A stretch of DNA of 64,000 nt from Octopus sinensis (lineage: Eukaryota). The DNA is taken from NCBI RefSeq assembly GCF_006345805.1, contig NC_042997.1, positions 197,966,001 to 198,030,000 on the forward strand, read 5' to 3'. The translations under genes were made by a program, and so were the position numbers. The notes beneath the pieces are model-generated. The model was given only the letters and a program-made list of their open reading frames with translations. It was not told the origin of the DNA and did no database searches. This document shows positions 36,050 to 48,161 of the stretch, in pieces; position 1 is the stretch's first letter, and every line of letters begins with the position of its first letter.

Positions 36050-36860
36050 CTAGTCTATGAATAAGGAAAATAAAATACAATAAAGAAAAAGAAAATACAA
36101 AAATAAAAGTATTTTAAAAAAATCAAAAATATCACGTGGATTATTGCTGGACGATAACAGTTTACGCAAAGTAGCCGCCATCAGCTTCCACCACGGCGTC
36201 GAATCGTCTCTGAAACGCGGTCCATGTGTTTCTCGTTGTCTTCTGGCTCTGAGAAGATCCTCGAACACCTCTTCGATCTTGACCATCAACTCGGTTCAGA
36301 ATTGCAGGTAGAGTGGGTTGGATCTGTCTCAACCGCACACGATATATAGTAATGCATGGCATTGCAATTGGAGGAATTATCAAACAAGAAATTGGGGTTG
36401 GTGAAATCATAGAGTTCATCCGACAGTCACTTCTCATTGCTTTTGGAGGCATGGCAAGACGGCAAATTCTACTGCTACGCATATGGCCTATTAGTAGCGA
36501 CCTTCTGCAGCCACTTCTTGACCACAGTCTCCAGCAGCTTCACGTAGCTGTCTGAAGTGATTGAGTCCAAAAGCCCTGTTCAGAGATGTGGTGATGAGCT
36601 CCGGCATGGGGACGACGCAATCAGAATATCTACGGTGTTTCTTCCTGTTGATTACAGCTTCATAATCTCCGTTGCACCAGTCCGTGTCACATCTACAGTG
36701 TTCACAGAATATTGAGTAGAAGTCACTATATGAGCATTTTGATACCCGGCGCGAATTATCTCGATGAAGTTATCTTATTTCCAATATTCAGATGGCTTCC
36801 AGTCCTCCATGTCAGCTAACGTTTGCTCAAATGCAACTGTAATCTTTATGCTTTCAAATG
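36050..36860 (-). mobile_element. Internally deleted, decayed Tc1/mariner-superfamily (maT/DD37D-like) transposase
   Basis: MEDWKPSEYW N-terminus joined to YVKLLETVVKKWL..RPYA*Q*..CH..NSSNCNAMHYYI..RRFDAVVEADGGYF. Confidence 0.75.
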
Positions 36861-36961
36861 CCGTTGACTGTTTAACAATATATTTAGCTATCCCTCAAAT
36901 CAGGTGACATAAAAATCGTAAATTTTCATCTCGACTATTTTGTAAAATTTGTGTGTGCATT

Positions 36962-37000
<39 letters not shown>

Positions 37001-37874
37001 TGTGTGTGTGTGTGTGGTGTGTGTGTGAGTTTACGTGTGTGCGTGTGTGTGAATCATTACTTTTTACATCTGTGTCTTTGTAGATGCATACAACCAAGTG
37101 AATACATTTATTCCTTTAAAGAACCTCAGATAAAGAATCTTTGGAATAAGCTGGGTTTGGAGAATGCGTTCCATTTCGTTTGCAAATTTTTAAAAAAGTC
37201 CTGCAAATATGTATGTGTATGCATGTATGCATGTATGCTTCTCTGTGTCTATATTTATGCGTGCGTGTTTATGTGTGTGTATATATTTATGTAAGTATGT
37301 ATTTATGTGTATCGATGTATGTATGTAGGCGTTGACGTATGGAGAGTACTTAACGACTGACGTATAGAAAACACTGTTGTATTTGCTATTTTGAATCGCT
37401 AACATGATTTAGGAGTATTGAAATGTAAAACACGAGAATTAATTTGTAGAAATTGAGTGTAAAACCATAAAAATAACGACTGTAATAAAATATTAAAGAC
37501 AACTTGCTGTAGAAGATATCAAAATTTATGTTTTTCAGTTTTCATATTTAATGGCGATGTTGCCGTTATTGAGTAGAATAAAATCAACATATATAACGTT
37601 CTCTGTAATGTTATCCTCAGAGATATTCGGAAAAAAATTTATTGAAATATTTGCGATTCGAAAACAGAATATTTTCAGTCGCAATCATTAAGTTCAAATT
37701 ATCAAATTTAAAATGAAAAATAAATACGTATTCATTTAATTGAACATTGCATAAGAAATTCGATATAAAATGCTTCTTTTCTGACGTATGTTTTATAGGG
37801 AAAATATAATTCGTTTCAACGTTTATATATTTGTTTTGCAAGATTTTTGATGTTAAATTGTGTGTTGAAACATA

Positions 37875-38160
37875 TATTGTTGTATTTGGGAATGGTCATT
37901 TTGCCAGTTTAGCCAATAAAAACACACGCACTATATATTTGGTATTACTTTGCTTCAGCGTTATTCATTTTTTACATTAATCGTAATCTTATTTCGGCCA
38001 GAGTTCTTTCGTCACACTCCTGTGACCTCATCAGTGGTCCTTTGCTTTTTTCTTTCTTATTTGTGTGTCTCTCCTTACTAACGGTCAGCCATTTATATAT
38101 TTAGTGCGTGTGTTTTTATTGGCTAAACTGGCAAAATGACCATTCCTAAATACAACAATA
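37875..38160. mobile_element. Element with 59-bp inverted arms (37875-37933 and 38102-38160) enclosing a hammerhead
   Basis: Arms differ by 1 mismatch. Confidence 0.85.
37996..38040 (-). ncRNA. Minimal type I hammerhead ribozyme, intact core
   Basis: GGACCA-CTGATGA-G-GTCACA-GGAG-TGTGAC-GAAA-GAAC-TC-TGGCC. Confidence 0.8.
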
Positions 38161-38216
38161 ATTAGTTTCGTTGCGATCATAATCATGTATTTTTATATTT
38201 TCATTTCATATTTCAG

Positions 38217-38257
38217 GTGAGTTCGCATTTTGTTTGCATATGAAGAATGTAGAAGTC
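38217..38257 (+). other. Candidate 41-nt exon starting with GTGAGT (recursive splice-site-like)
   Basis: Long T-rich tract plus TTTCAG/GTGAGT at 38211-38222; downstream GTAAGT at 38258. Confidence 0.3.
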
Positions 38258-38990
38258 GTAAGTAAATCTTCGTATTTCCTGTTGTAAAGCATTAAATGTA
38301 TGTTCTCACTTGGCAACCAATAATACCAGATCCAATGCAACGTATTCGCAATCCACAATAATTTCTACTGCAAGCAAAGTAAATGTCAAGATTACGAGAA
38401 AAGCTCAAAGCCATAAAGTTACTGATATTCAAAGAGGATTAATATTTCTTATATGTCATTTATCAATGTATTCAAAGGTTAAAACTTAAAGTAAGATATC
38501 TTATTTCTGTGAAATAATACGATCCAAAATGCTATATCGGAAGACGTAAATTTATACAGATCTATACGATAGATGTATACAAATATACATACATACAAAT
38601 ACACACACACACGCACACACGCACACACACATATATATATTATTTAGAAGCAGAGCGCAGCTAAACGATATGACAAACTTCATATGCATAGACAAACATA
38701 TGCACGCATGCGCACATGCGTCTCTATATTCACTCTCTCCACAGTCTGTACACATATGATAGTAGCAAGTATTTTGTAAATATAACGAGAGTATTTGTTC
38801 ATAGAATGTTTTAGCAAAGGCCTCGATGAAAAGGAAGACCGCTAGTGTAATAAAATATAAAATGGTTTTAAAAATAACGCATGAAGTACATGCTTATAAA
38901 TATAAATACATAAATCTATTCATATATCTTTGTCTTCCTATGACAAAGAGAAATAATAAAATATATATGCACACAGACACACAGACACAG

Positions 38991-39021
<31 letters not shown>

Positions 39022-39293
39022 TATATGCCACAGAAACTCCACAAACTAGGCAACAGTTTCTAAGCATTATTTAAGCGAAATAAGATATCTATGAAGAAAA
39101 AGAACTAATGCCAATGATTTTTAATCTCCACAAACTAGAAATCCACAGAAATTTTCTGCTTTTCTAGAATGAAAGATAACTCAGAATAGAAAAAATGACA
39201 TAACAACTATGTATCTTCATCATCAGCAGCCAAACGGATAACACTATTGTTTTGACACCTGAAACATAATACAACATACATATATATATATAT

Positions 39294-39350
<57 letters not shown>

Positions 39351-39435
39351 CAGCGATGGTTTGGTCACAACTGATGAGCTTTAATTCCAAGTGTAGTGAC
39401 CACGTTCCCTGTGGGGCGATTACCTCTCCTGTCAG

Positions 39436-39887
39436 GAGAGCTGGCAGAAACGTTAGCGCGCCGGGCGAAATGCTTAGCGCAGGGGTGGGCAAACTTTTTT
39501 GATCGCGGGCCGCACAGTGCGTCTTTGGAACCGTGGCGGGCCTCATTTATAAAAATCAAGTGAAAATATTGTGAATTACCGTACAGTTACGAAGTATCTG
39601 CATAGAAGTTGGGATTCATAAAAGCTCTCGGCGGGCCGCATGAAAACCTATGGCGGGCCGCATGCGGCCCGCGGGCCGTAGTTTGCCCACCCCTGGCTTA
39701 GCGGTATTTCGTCTGTCGTTACGTTCTAAGTTCAAATTCCGCCGAGGTCGACTTTGCATTTCATCCTTTCGGGGTCGATAAATAAAGTACCAGTTACGCA
39801 CTGGGGACGATTTAATCGACTTAATACCTATGGCTGTCCTTGTTTTCCCCTCTGTGTTTAGCCCCTTGTGGGTAATAAAGAAATAGG
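39436..39887 (+). mobile_element. SINE B with a 16-bp TSD, interrupted by a MITE
   Basis: ttacctctcctgtcag at 39420-39435 and 39888-39903. Confidence 0.9.
39480..39695. mobile_element. 216-bp hAT-superfamily MITE
   Basis: Perfect 15-bp TIR CAGGGGTGGGCAAAC; exact 8-bp TSD gcttagcg (39472-39479, 39696-39703). Confidence 0.92.
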
Positions 39888-40059
39888 TTACCTCTCCTGT
39901 CAGTTTTGTAGCCATAAGGGTCTTTGACAACGGTTTCTAGTACGGTAGGTACTACCCTGTACCCTCAGTCGCTATTGGTGACAATTCAATTTTTCCTTTT
40001 TGGTTTCATATTGGGTATAGCTAACTTCGTTATTTTAAGTAAACTGAAAGAAGCCCGTC

Positions 40060-40112
<53 letters not shown>

Positions 40113-40656
40113 CGTATGTATTTATGTGCGTATGTATTTATGTATGTATGTATGTATGTATTGTATGTATGTATGTATGTATTGTATGTATGTATGTATG
40201 TATGTATGTATGTATGTATGTATATATGTATGTATGTAAGGTGTGTGCCAAATTTAATTAACCTAGTTTAGGTTTATTTTGAATAATTAAGAAATATCAT
40301 TGGGTATTAATTGATATCAATATCTTTCTGGGACACCCCGAGTACAAATTTTGTTGCCCGAGATACAGCATAGCGTTGAAACGATCAAATATAATTTGTT
40401 TTTAAAATATCTCAAAGAAATGGTAAGATGTTTCTTTCTCGAATGTAATACATCTTCATCTTCCTGTAATGACGTATTCTCATCTTACTTTTCCATTGTA
40501 CAGAGTCGTATAACACTGACATTTATTTAAACAACTTCGCAGTCATTAAAGCCAGCCAGTTTAATAATTTGATTAGTAAACTTAGCTTTATTTTTGCTTA
40601 GTGATGACTTTAATCCTTGTTGTGAAGTAGGCGTCAGAAAATCAAACAAAGCGAAC

Positions 40657-40775
40657 CTCGTGGAGCTTTAGGTGTTTTCGCTCAATAAACACTCACAACT
40701 CCCGGTCTGGGAATCGAAACCGCGATCCTATGACCGCGAGTCCGCTGCCCTAACCACTGGGCCATTGCGCCTCCG
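40657..40775 (-). mobile_element. SINE C head fragment
   Basis: Near identical to the head of 11362-11752. Confidence 0.85.
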
Positions 40776-41175
40776 TCGTGTCTGATACACCGTTGTTTTA
40801 AACAGTAGAGACCGAATAATCTGTCTCGTTCAGACACTGAAGTGATATGTGGAATCCAGTTATACATCTAAATTCAAATATATTTTTAAATCTCACCTTA
40901 TAATCTTTCTTTGTTTTTAATTGTATCAAATTTGACACAATCCAGTTGTATTTTTAGAAGGAGTTGATTAAATATATCTACGTATTTTACTGATACTTTT
41001 ATAATTTGTTTTATCGACTGCGAAAATGTAAAAGCCAAGTTAATCTCAGCGGAATTTGGGCGCAGAACATAAAGAGCCGAATGACACACTGCTAAGCATT
41101 TAGTTCAACGCTCTAACTATTCTTTCAGCTCATCGCCTAATATAATTTTTTGAAAAGAATTATATGTCTATGAAA

Positions 41176-41340
41176 GCGCGGGCATATAGCTGTGTAGTGA
41201 AGAAGTTCGCTTTGCAATCACGTGGCTTCAGGTTTAGTCCCACTGCGTGCCACCTTCGGCAACTGTCCTCTCCTATAGCCATGAACCGGCTATAACATGC
41301 CTTGTGAGTGAATTTGGTAGACAGAAGCTGTTGAAGCCTG
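41176..41340 (+). mobile_element. SINE A head fragment
   Basis: Homology to the A head. Confidence 0.75.
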
Positions 41341-41769
41341 TTCTTTCTCTCTCTCTCCCTTTTCCTTTTAAAGGCACAAAAATTTGTCGGCAGCCAGCTA
41401 TGAGGATCGATCTCACTTCCCTCCAAGACCCAGTTGGAATGCTTAACCATTTAAGCTAAACCGCCTGACCACCAAATTCTTCTGCAATTTAAGAAGTTAT
41501 AGACTCATTCAGGAATATTAGATGTCCAACCGGATATTGGAGGGATGTGAGTTCGATCCTCATGGCTGGCTGCCGATAAATTTTTCTGCTTTTAAAAAGA
41601 AAAAAGGATTTCATCCTTTATATATACTGTTCAGTATCTATGCGTTGAATAAAATTTATTTTTCTACTTGTTTCTACATACATTTCAACGATTGGAAAAC
41701 AAACAAGTTTGTTTACATACGGCGTATATATATATACCATTATATATATATCTATATATTATATATATG

Positions 41770-41806
<37 letters not shown>

Positions 41807-41819
41807 ATAGATATATAAG

Positions 41820-42115
41820 GATAAGATCGTAATATACTAATCGATCTTATCAAGTAGCCAGCATGGAAATAAAAACCTTCGAAGGTATAATATTTAAAAA
41901 ATTATAAGTTAGAGTACCTAAGAGATACCACCACGCTGGAAATAGCAACCAAAGCTTGACTCTAAAACCACATTAAATGTTCATACAGCACCAGTTTTTG
42001 CTAGTTTATTTTGTCCTTTTGTCTTTTCTCCTGGTGCTGTATGAACATTTAATGTGGTTTTAGAGTCAAGTTTTGGCTGCTATTTCCAGTGTGGTGGTAT
42101 TCTTAGATACCCTAA
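41820..42115. mobile_element. Foldback element with 80-bp arms (41915-41994 and 42031-42109) between (TA)n runs
   Basis: Arms reverse complementary with few mismatches; homologous to 1-110. Confidence 0.8.
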
Positions 42116-42159
42116 ATATATATCTATATATATATATATATATAATATATATATATATA

Positions 42160-42197
<38 letters not shown>

Positions 42198-42214
42198 GTG
42201 TGTGTGCCTTTGTG

Positions 42215-42420
42215 TTTGTGTTTGTCACACTTCCCCATGCTTCAAACCTGGAATTTGCTCACATCCCGTAAACTAGCGGTTCGGCAAAAAAGGGACAGTA
42301 GTATCACCCTCTAAAAAAAAAAAATATATATATATCATTACTGGGATCGATTTATTCAGCTCACCCCCTCATGGCGGCGTCCCATCATAATCGCAGTTCA
42401 ATGACTGAGACGAGTTAAAA
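42215..42420 (+). mobile_element. SINE A 3' portion, diverged
   Basis: tagcggttcggcaaaa..gggatcgattt..ccatcat..gcagttcaatgactgag. Confidence 0.65.
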
Positions 42421-42423
42421 GAA

Positions 42424-42468
<45 letters not shown>

Positions 42469-42927
42469 TATATATATATATATATATATTGCTTTATCCG
42501 TACCACTGATGTTTTTGATTATAATCTCTGAAATCATTTATCTTCTTGCGAGCTTGCCTCGGTTTGCCTGACTGCATCTCATGCTAGCCACTGCGACCTC
42601 GCATAGTTTTCAAGTGCTCAACAGCGTCCTTACAAAGTTTGACGGTTGACTCGTGTATATCCATCTTGGAAAGCCCAGACAAGTCTATAACTAATGAGTT
42701 CTTACTTAGCTCTTTAGTGATGTCCTGAAAATAAATAAGAAGATTGCTATGAAATAATTAGTGAACGGATTCCGACATTATACAGCATTCGAGATCTATC
42801 TCTGCACTCATCTTTATTATTAATAGTTTTATCATAGCTGGGGTCTCTTAGGTTAATGGTTACCACACTCAGCCGGAATTTGAGGTCCGAATCCCAGCGA
42901 AGCCTTGGTTGGTCAACTGTTTTTCTT

Positions 42928-43290
42928 AAAAGGCGGCGAGCTGGCAGAAACATTAGCACGCAGGGCGAAATGCGTAGCCGTATTTCGTCTGCCGTTTCGT
43001 TCTTAATTCAAATTCCGCCGAGGTCGACTTTGCCTTTCATCCATTCGGGGTCGATTAAATAAGTACCAGTTACGCACTGGGGTCGATGTAATCGACTTAA
43101 TCCGTTTGTCTGTCCTTGTTTGTCCTCTCTGTGTTTAGCCCCTTGTGAGTAGTAAAGTAATAGGTATTTCGGCCATTGCTACGTTCTGAGGTCGACTTTA
43201 CCTTTCGGGGTCGACAAAATAAGTACCAGTTGGACACTGGGGTCGATGTAAACGACTCAGCCCACCCACCCCAAGCTGTCCTTGTGGCAA
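42928..43290 (+). mobile_element. SINE B with duplicated core
   Basis: Head-core-tail1-core-tail2 structure. Confidence 0.9.
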
Positions 43291-43646
43291 AAATTGGAAA
43301 TAATTATTATCAGTTTTATTGCAATTAAAAAATTTATTTGATATGGCTCATATTGGCATATCCCTTACCTTCAAGATTTGTGACAAAATCTCAGTAACCA
43401 AGAGTTGTTTCAATCTCAACATATTAAAACCTTTCTTACGATCATTACGTCGATAAGCAATTTTCTATGAATATATTCTGACAAAATGCTTCTTATATCT
43501 AAAATTTTAGCTACTTTTCAATTTTATTTTATGCTTTCGTTTGTAACGAAGTCTTTATTTGTAACTGGCAAACTTTTCGCTATTTTTTGCCTTTGTAAAT
43601 GAAAGGTTTACTTTTAAGTCTGTCCTTCAGCTTGCCTATTCTTAAA

Positions 43647-43689
<43 letters not shown>

Positions 43690-43694
<5 letters not shown>

Positions 43695-43895
43695 TAATCC
43701 AACAAAAAAACACAAAAAAACACAGCAACGCGAGACGTGGACGAACAAATAAAGTATTATTGGACGCTCAGGAAAGAGGGAAGAAGGAGGGTTTAACGTT
43801 TCGAGCGGAGTCTTCGTCGGAAACATAGGAGAAGGAAGATCCCGAGAAGGGAAGACAGAGGAAAAAAATCGGCAGCGGTACTCACGAGGTCACAT
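43690..43895 (-). mobile_element. PLE pLTR-like element with a hammerhead variant at 43792-43823
   Basis: TTT-CCGACGA-A-GACTCCGCTC-GAAA-CG-TT-AAA; flanked by (TA)n. Confidence 0.6.
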
Positions 43896-43920
43896 AATAT
43901 ATATATATAATATATATATA

Positions 43921-44150
43921 GGGAGAGTTGGAGAGTTTACGAAAAAAACAAGAGACGAAGACAGGTGGTGTACAAAACAAAGAGATGTATTAGTATAGCG
44001 CTCAGGAATAGAAAAAGTCTTTTACGTTTCGAGCCTACGCTCTTCTACAGAAAGGGACACAGAAAAAAACAAGGAGAGAAACAAGGAGAGAGAAAAGAAT
44101 GTGTGTAGTGGCTAACGATCTATCATGGCGACTTTATAAATACTCTTATG
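43921..44150 (-). mobile_element. Related PLE pLTR-like element with a hammerhead variant at 44019-44054
   Basis: CTTT-CTGTAGA-A-GAGC-GTAG-GCTC-GAAA-CG-TA-AAAG. Confidence 0.6.
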
Positions 44151-44823
44151 CATGGCTATGTATATATTAACTCCTCATTTACCATCTTTATAATAACATC
44201 CTAAAGGCAACATGTTTTCTATATTCTATCTGACATTCATTTGCTCTTTATTTATTCCTAATTTTATTATCTGATATTTTGTTTTATTTTCTGTCTCTTA
44301 TGTTTTATTTATTATGCTAATGTAGTAGATTAAATTCTGTCCAATATGGTGCTATCGACAGTTGTACTATCAATTGAAATAAGAAATAAATTCTGTTGCA
44401 CGCTCCAGCATAAAGATTACCATGGCGCGGCAAACGAGTCTCTCGAATTCTCGAAATTATATTAAGTCATTCGACGTCGGTTTGGGAATATCGATGTTAA
44501 TACGATTCTTTAAGGTTGAATAGCAAGACCTCATCTCCCCAAGGCTTCTAAGCTGGTGGATATAATGTTCAATCCTATTACTTCCACAACCCAGAAGTAG
44601 TATTACAAAGAATTAAGAAGGAAGTATTACGAGAAACCAAATGAAATACATTTCATTTTCTTTACAATCTCCTCCGTGTTGTGTAATGTACGAAGAAACT
44701 CTTAGATGTTTTCTATAATTCACTCGTATATAATCGTTACAGAAGTCTATATATATTAAAATGAATATATATATTAAAATATATATATTAAAATATATGT
44801 ATGAAAATTAATATATATATTAA

Positions 44824-45045
44824 AAAGGCAGTGAGCTGGCAGAATCGGTATCATGCCGGGCGAAATGCTTAGCGGTGTTTCGTCTGCGTTACGTTCTGAG
44901 TTCAAATTTCGTCGAGGTCGACTTTGCCTTTCATCCTTTCGGGGTCGATAAATTAAGTACCAGTTACGCACTGGGGTCGGGTAATTGACTTCATTCCTTT
45001 GTATGTCCCCTCTATGTTTAGCCCCTTGTGGGCAATAAAGATATA
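44824..45045 (+). mobile_element. SINE B
   Basis: Head-core-tail1 structure. Confidence 0.9.
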
Positions 45046-46749
45046 AGAACGAAGTAATATAAGTATAACTGCAATAACATTCTGCTGTCAATCTTTAATC
45101 TTTTACATGCTTCAATCAGCAAACTGTGACCATGCTCAGACACGGCCTTGTCTATGGTTAAAGAAATGAATTAATTTCCTGATAAACTAAGACATATTCC
45201 TTAATTGTGACATGACTTATTTCTGTAAATCCTTTAATCATAGAACTAAATTCAGTGTAGTATAAAATAATGTATCTCTAAAGCAGCGATTTTAACACCA
45301 AACAACCCCTATCCAGGTACTCTAGAAATATTTTCACTATCTTTGTTTAATCCCTTTTCACACGTTCAGTAGAAAAGATGGTATTCTTGCCTACGTTTAT
45401 CATTCACTAATTTTTGTGGCTGAATGCTCGAACTCAAAAATTTCAGCTTCTTAAACAAGAACACTTTTTCTTATTCACCAAAGCGAAGAATTTGATTATC
45501 TTTCAAACTGCCTTCAGGATTCTTCACTTTATTTCCAAAGCTGTCAGTAATTTACCAACTACACTTCTCACTTCTACCACACAGCTAAATCTAACTCAGT
45601 TATTAGACACTTTCATTCTTTTACGATGCTCCAAGATTTATAGAGATTCGCCTCTTCTTCTTGTCGACTGACATCTCCAAAAATGATTAAGTTTTCCTTC
45701 TATCGAAGCGAAACTTATGTCGTCATCTCGTCAATTCGTATAAACGTAATTGGCTGCAAATTTCGAAACATAGGTTTTCTTTTCTAATCAAAAATAAAGC
45801 CCTCGATTTACCTCAATCCTATCTTGTCGAGGCATGAATAACAGTTGTATATCTGACTAAATACATAATTCTATTCTCAATTAAACTTTTAAAATATTTT
45901 TATGAACTTATTTAAAAATGCGAATGAAAGTCAATTCTGAAAAGCAAATCATTAAAAGTTCTGTATTTCTTCATTTCTAGTTTTAAATATTGGTATATTT
46001 TACACAAAACATCTAAGGTTTTGCACGAAATATATCTATAATTGTATTTCAACAACAAAATAAGACATTCCCAATGACTTCCAGCGACAAATCGTTTTCA
46101 AAACGAAAACAGTTTTTCCTTTGATTATTAAAGGAAAACAGTTTTTCCTTTAATAATTATTGGAACTAACTGACTTTTAAATTGCCAATGATTTTATATA
46201 TATATATTCAATAATGACTATTTAGTTTGTAATAACTATACATTTATGTTATACTGAGTTGAATGCAAAGGCAAGTTATACAAGGTGGTTTTTGCTGTTA
46301 TATGATATCCTACCTACGTATGTATCCTTTCAATCTTAGCCGGGTTTACAGTAAACAGTGTTAAATATTATTTAGTTTCGTTTCTTAACGTTTACGAAGA
46401 GTTTCGCCGGTAGATTCCCTTCAGATTTACCACATGACCTTTATTCAAAACGTTGTAGTTGTGATTTATTCCTCAGCTAACATTGACCAAGCAGTCATAT
46501 TATCGAAAGCAGTTCAAGCCCGCCCAGTGACTACAAAAAAAAACAAAAAACAACAGAAACCCAGGATGGGATTTGTAAAAGAAATATATTGTAGCTTTTT
46601 CTAGCGGCAGACAACGATAGACAACGTTGTGATTCATTCCATTTGAATAAAGTGTATAAATTACACACACACACACACACACACGCACACGAACACACAC
46701 AAACACACACCTACACACACACACACTTACACACACATATATTAGACAG

Positions 46750-47141
46750 AATGAAATGAAGCCAAGGCTGTGAGGAGATTTCAGGACATTTATAATGGAG
46801 TAGTTTTACAGGAACTCGAGGGAATTGAATTGAAACCACACCCGGAATATAATCCTGATCTAGCTCCAAGGTGCGGTCTACTCGTTCCGATCCATGGCTT
46901 TCATCCTACGATCGCGACGCTTCAGCAACAAAGAGGGGTTGGAAGCTTCAGTGAAGGAGTTCTTCGCCTCGAAGGACAAGAACTGGTACCACTATGGGAT
47001 CAAAGGAATGGATGAAAGGTGACTTAAGACGGTGCAACACAACTGCCTCTACATTCAATGCTGGGATGCTTTTGTTGTAACTTGGTGAATAAAGCAAGCA
47101 AGTTACCAAAATATTGCATAACATTTGGCTCAAACAATAAC
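46750..47141 (+). mobile_element. Mariner (DD34D-type) transposase 3' fragment
   Basis: HPEYNPDLAP (compare HPPYSPDLAP), then LFRSM..EASVKEFFASKDKNWY..GI; TIR-like end ttggctcaaacaata. Confidence 0.8.
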
Positions 47142-47982
47142 GACCGATTTATCAATATTATATACGAGCAGTATAAGAGAATAAGTATGTATATAGTGGA
47201 AATGAATTTGGTGTCGAGAATTATATAAGCAACATGAATTATGGCATGCGAACAATTTAAATAGGTAAATGTTCTATTAAACTGAACTGCAAGACGAGTT
47301 CTCTTAGAGGGTGTTATCTGAAATGTTACTGACATTGTGGAAAATAGCAGCGTTCTGACAGAAAGAAATCACTCATTTCATACAAGCAGGTGAAGGCGAA
47401 ATATTTGAATCAGGTGTAAGCTGAACTTCACAAACACACATATATCGAGACATTTATATACGTACAGATGTAAATGTGTGCATGGTGCATATTCGCGTTT
47501 ATGCAGACATGGGAGATTGATTAAGAAGTTCACTTCGCAATCGTTTGGTTCCAAGTTCGATTCCATTGCATAGCGTTCTTGGATAAGTGTCTTTAACCTG
47601 ACACTAGTTTGTATCGAAACCTTGCGAAGAAAATAGAAAGCAAAACAATGTTGTGCAGAAAGGAATATCAAAGTGACATTGGCTGTATCTATTTATCGGT
47701 TATTAGATTTTATATGCAGATTAGGTTATAAGCAAAGGAAGTTTTTATATTGTAAAATAATTACATTAATTAACATAGAATTAAGCTAATTATTGTTTTC
47801 CAGACTTGTAATTTTCTGTAATTCACATTCAGCTTACAATTTCCTAATGAACCAATAAACTTCAAAAGTTTAAAGTAAATATTAAATGTATAATATACGC
47901 ACTTGAAACATCCATAGATTAAAACACTAGTATGTATAACATTTATAATGTGTTACTAAATATGGACCAGCACTAGCTGTAA

Positions 47983-48161
47983 TGTGGAGGCGCAATGGTC
48001 CAGTCGTTAGGGTAGCGGACTCGCGGTCGGAGGATCGCGGTTTCGATTCCCAGACCGGGCGTTGTTTGTGTTTATTGAGCAAAAACACCTAAAGCTCCAC
48101 GACGCTCCTGCAGGTGGTGGTGGCGACCCCTGTTGTACTCTTTCGCTACAACTTTCTCTCT
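47983..48161 (+). mobile_element. 3'-truncated SINE C with a 12-bp TSD
   Basis: cactagctgtaa at 47971-47982 and 48162-48173. Confidence 0.85.
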
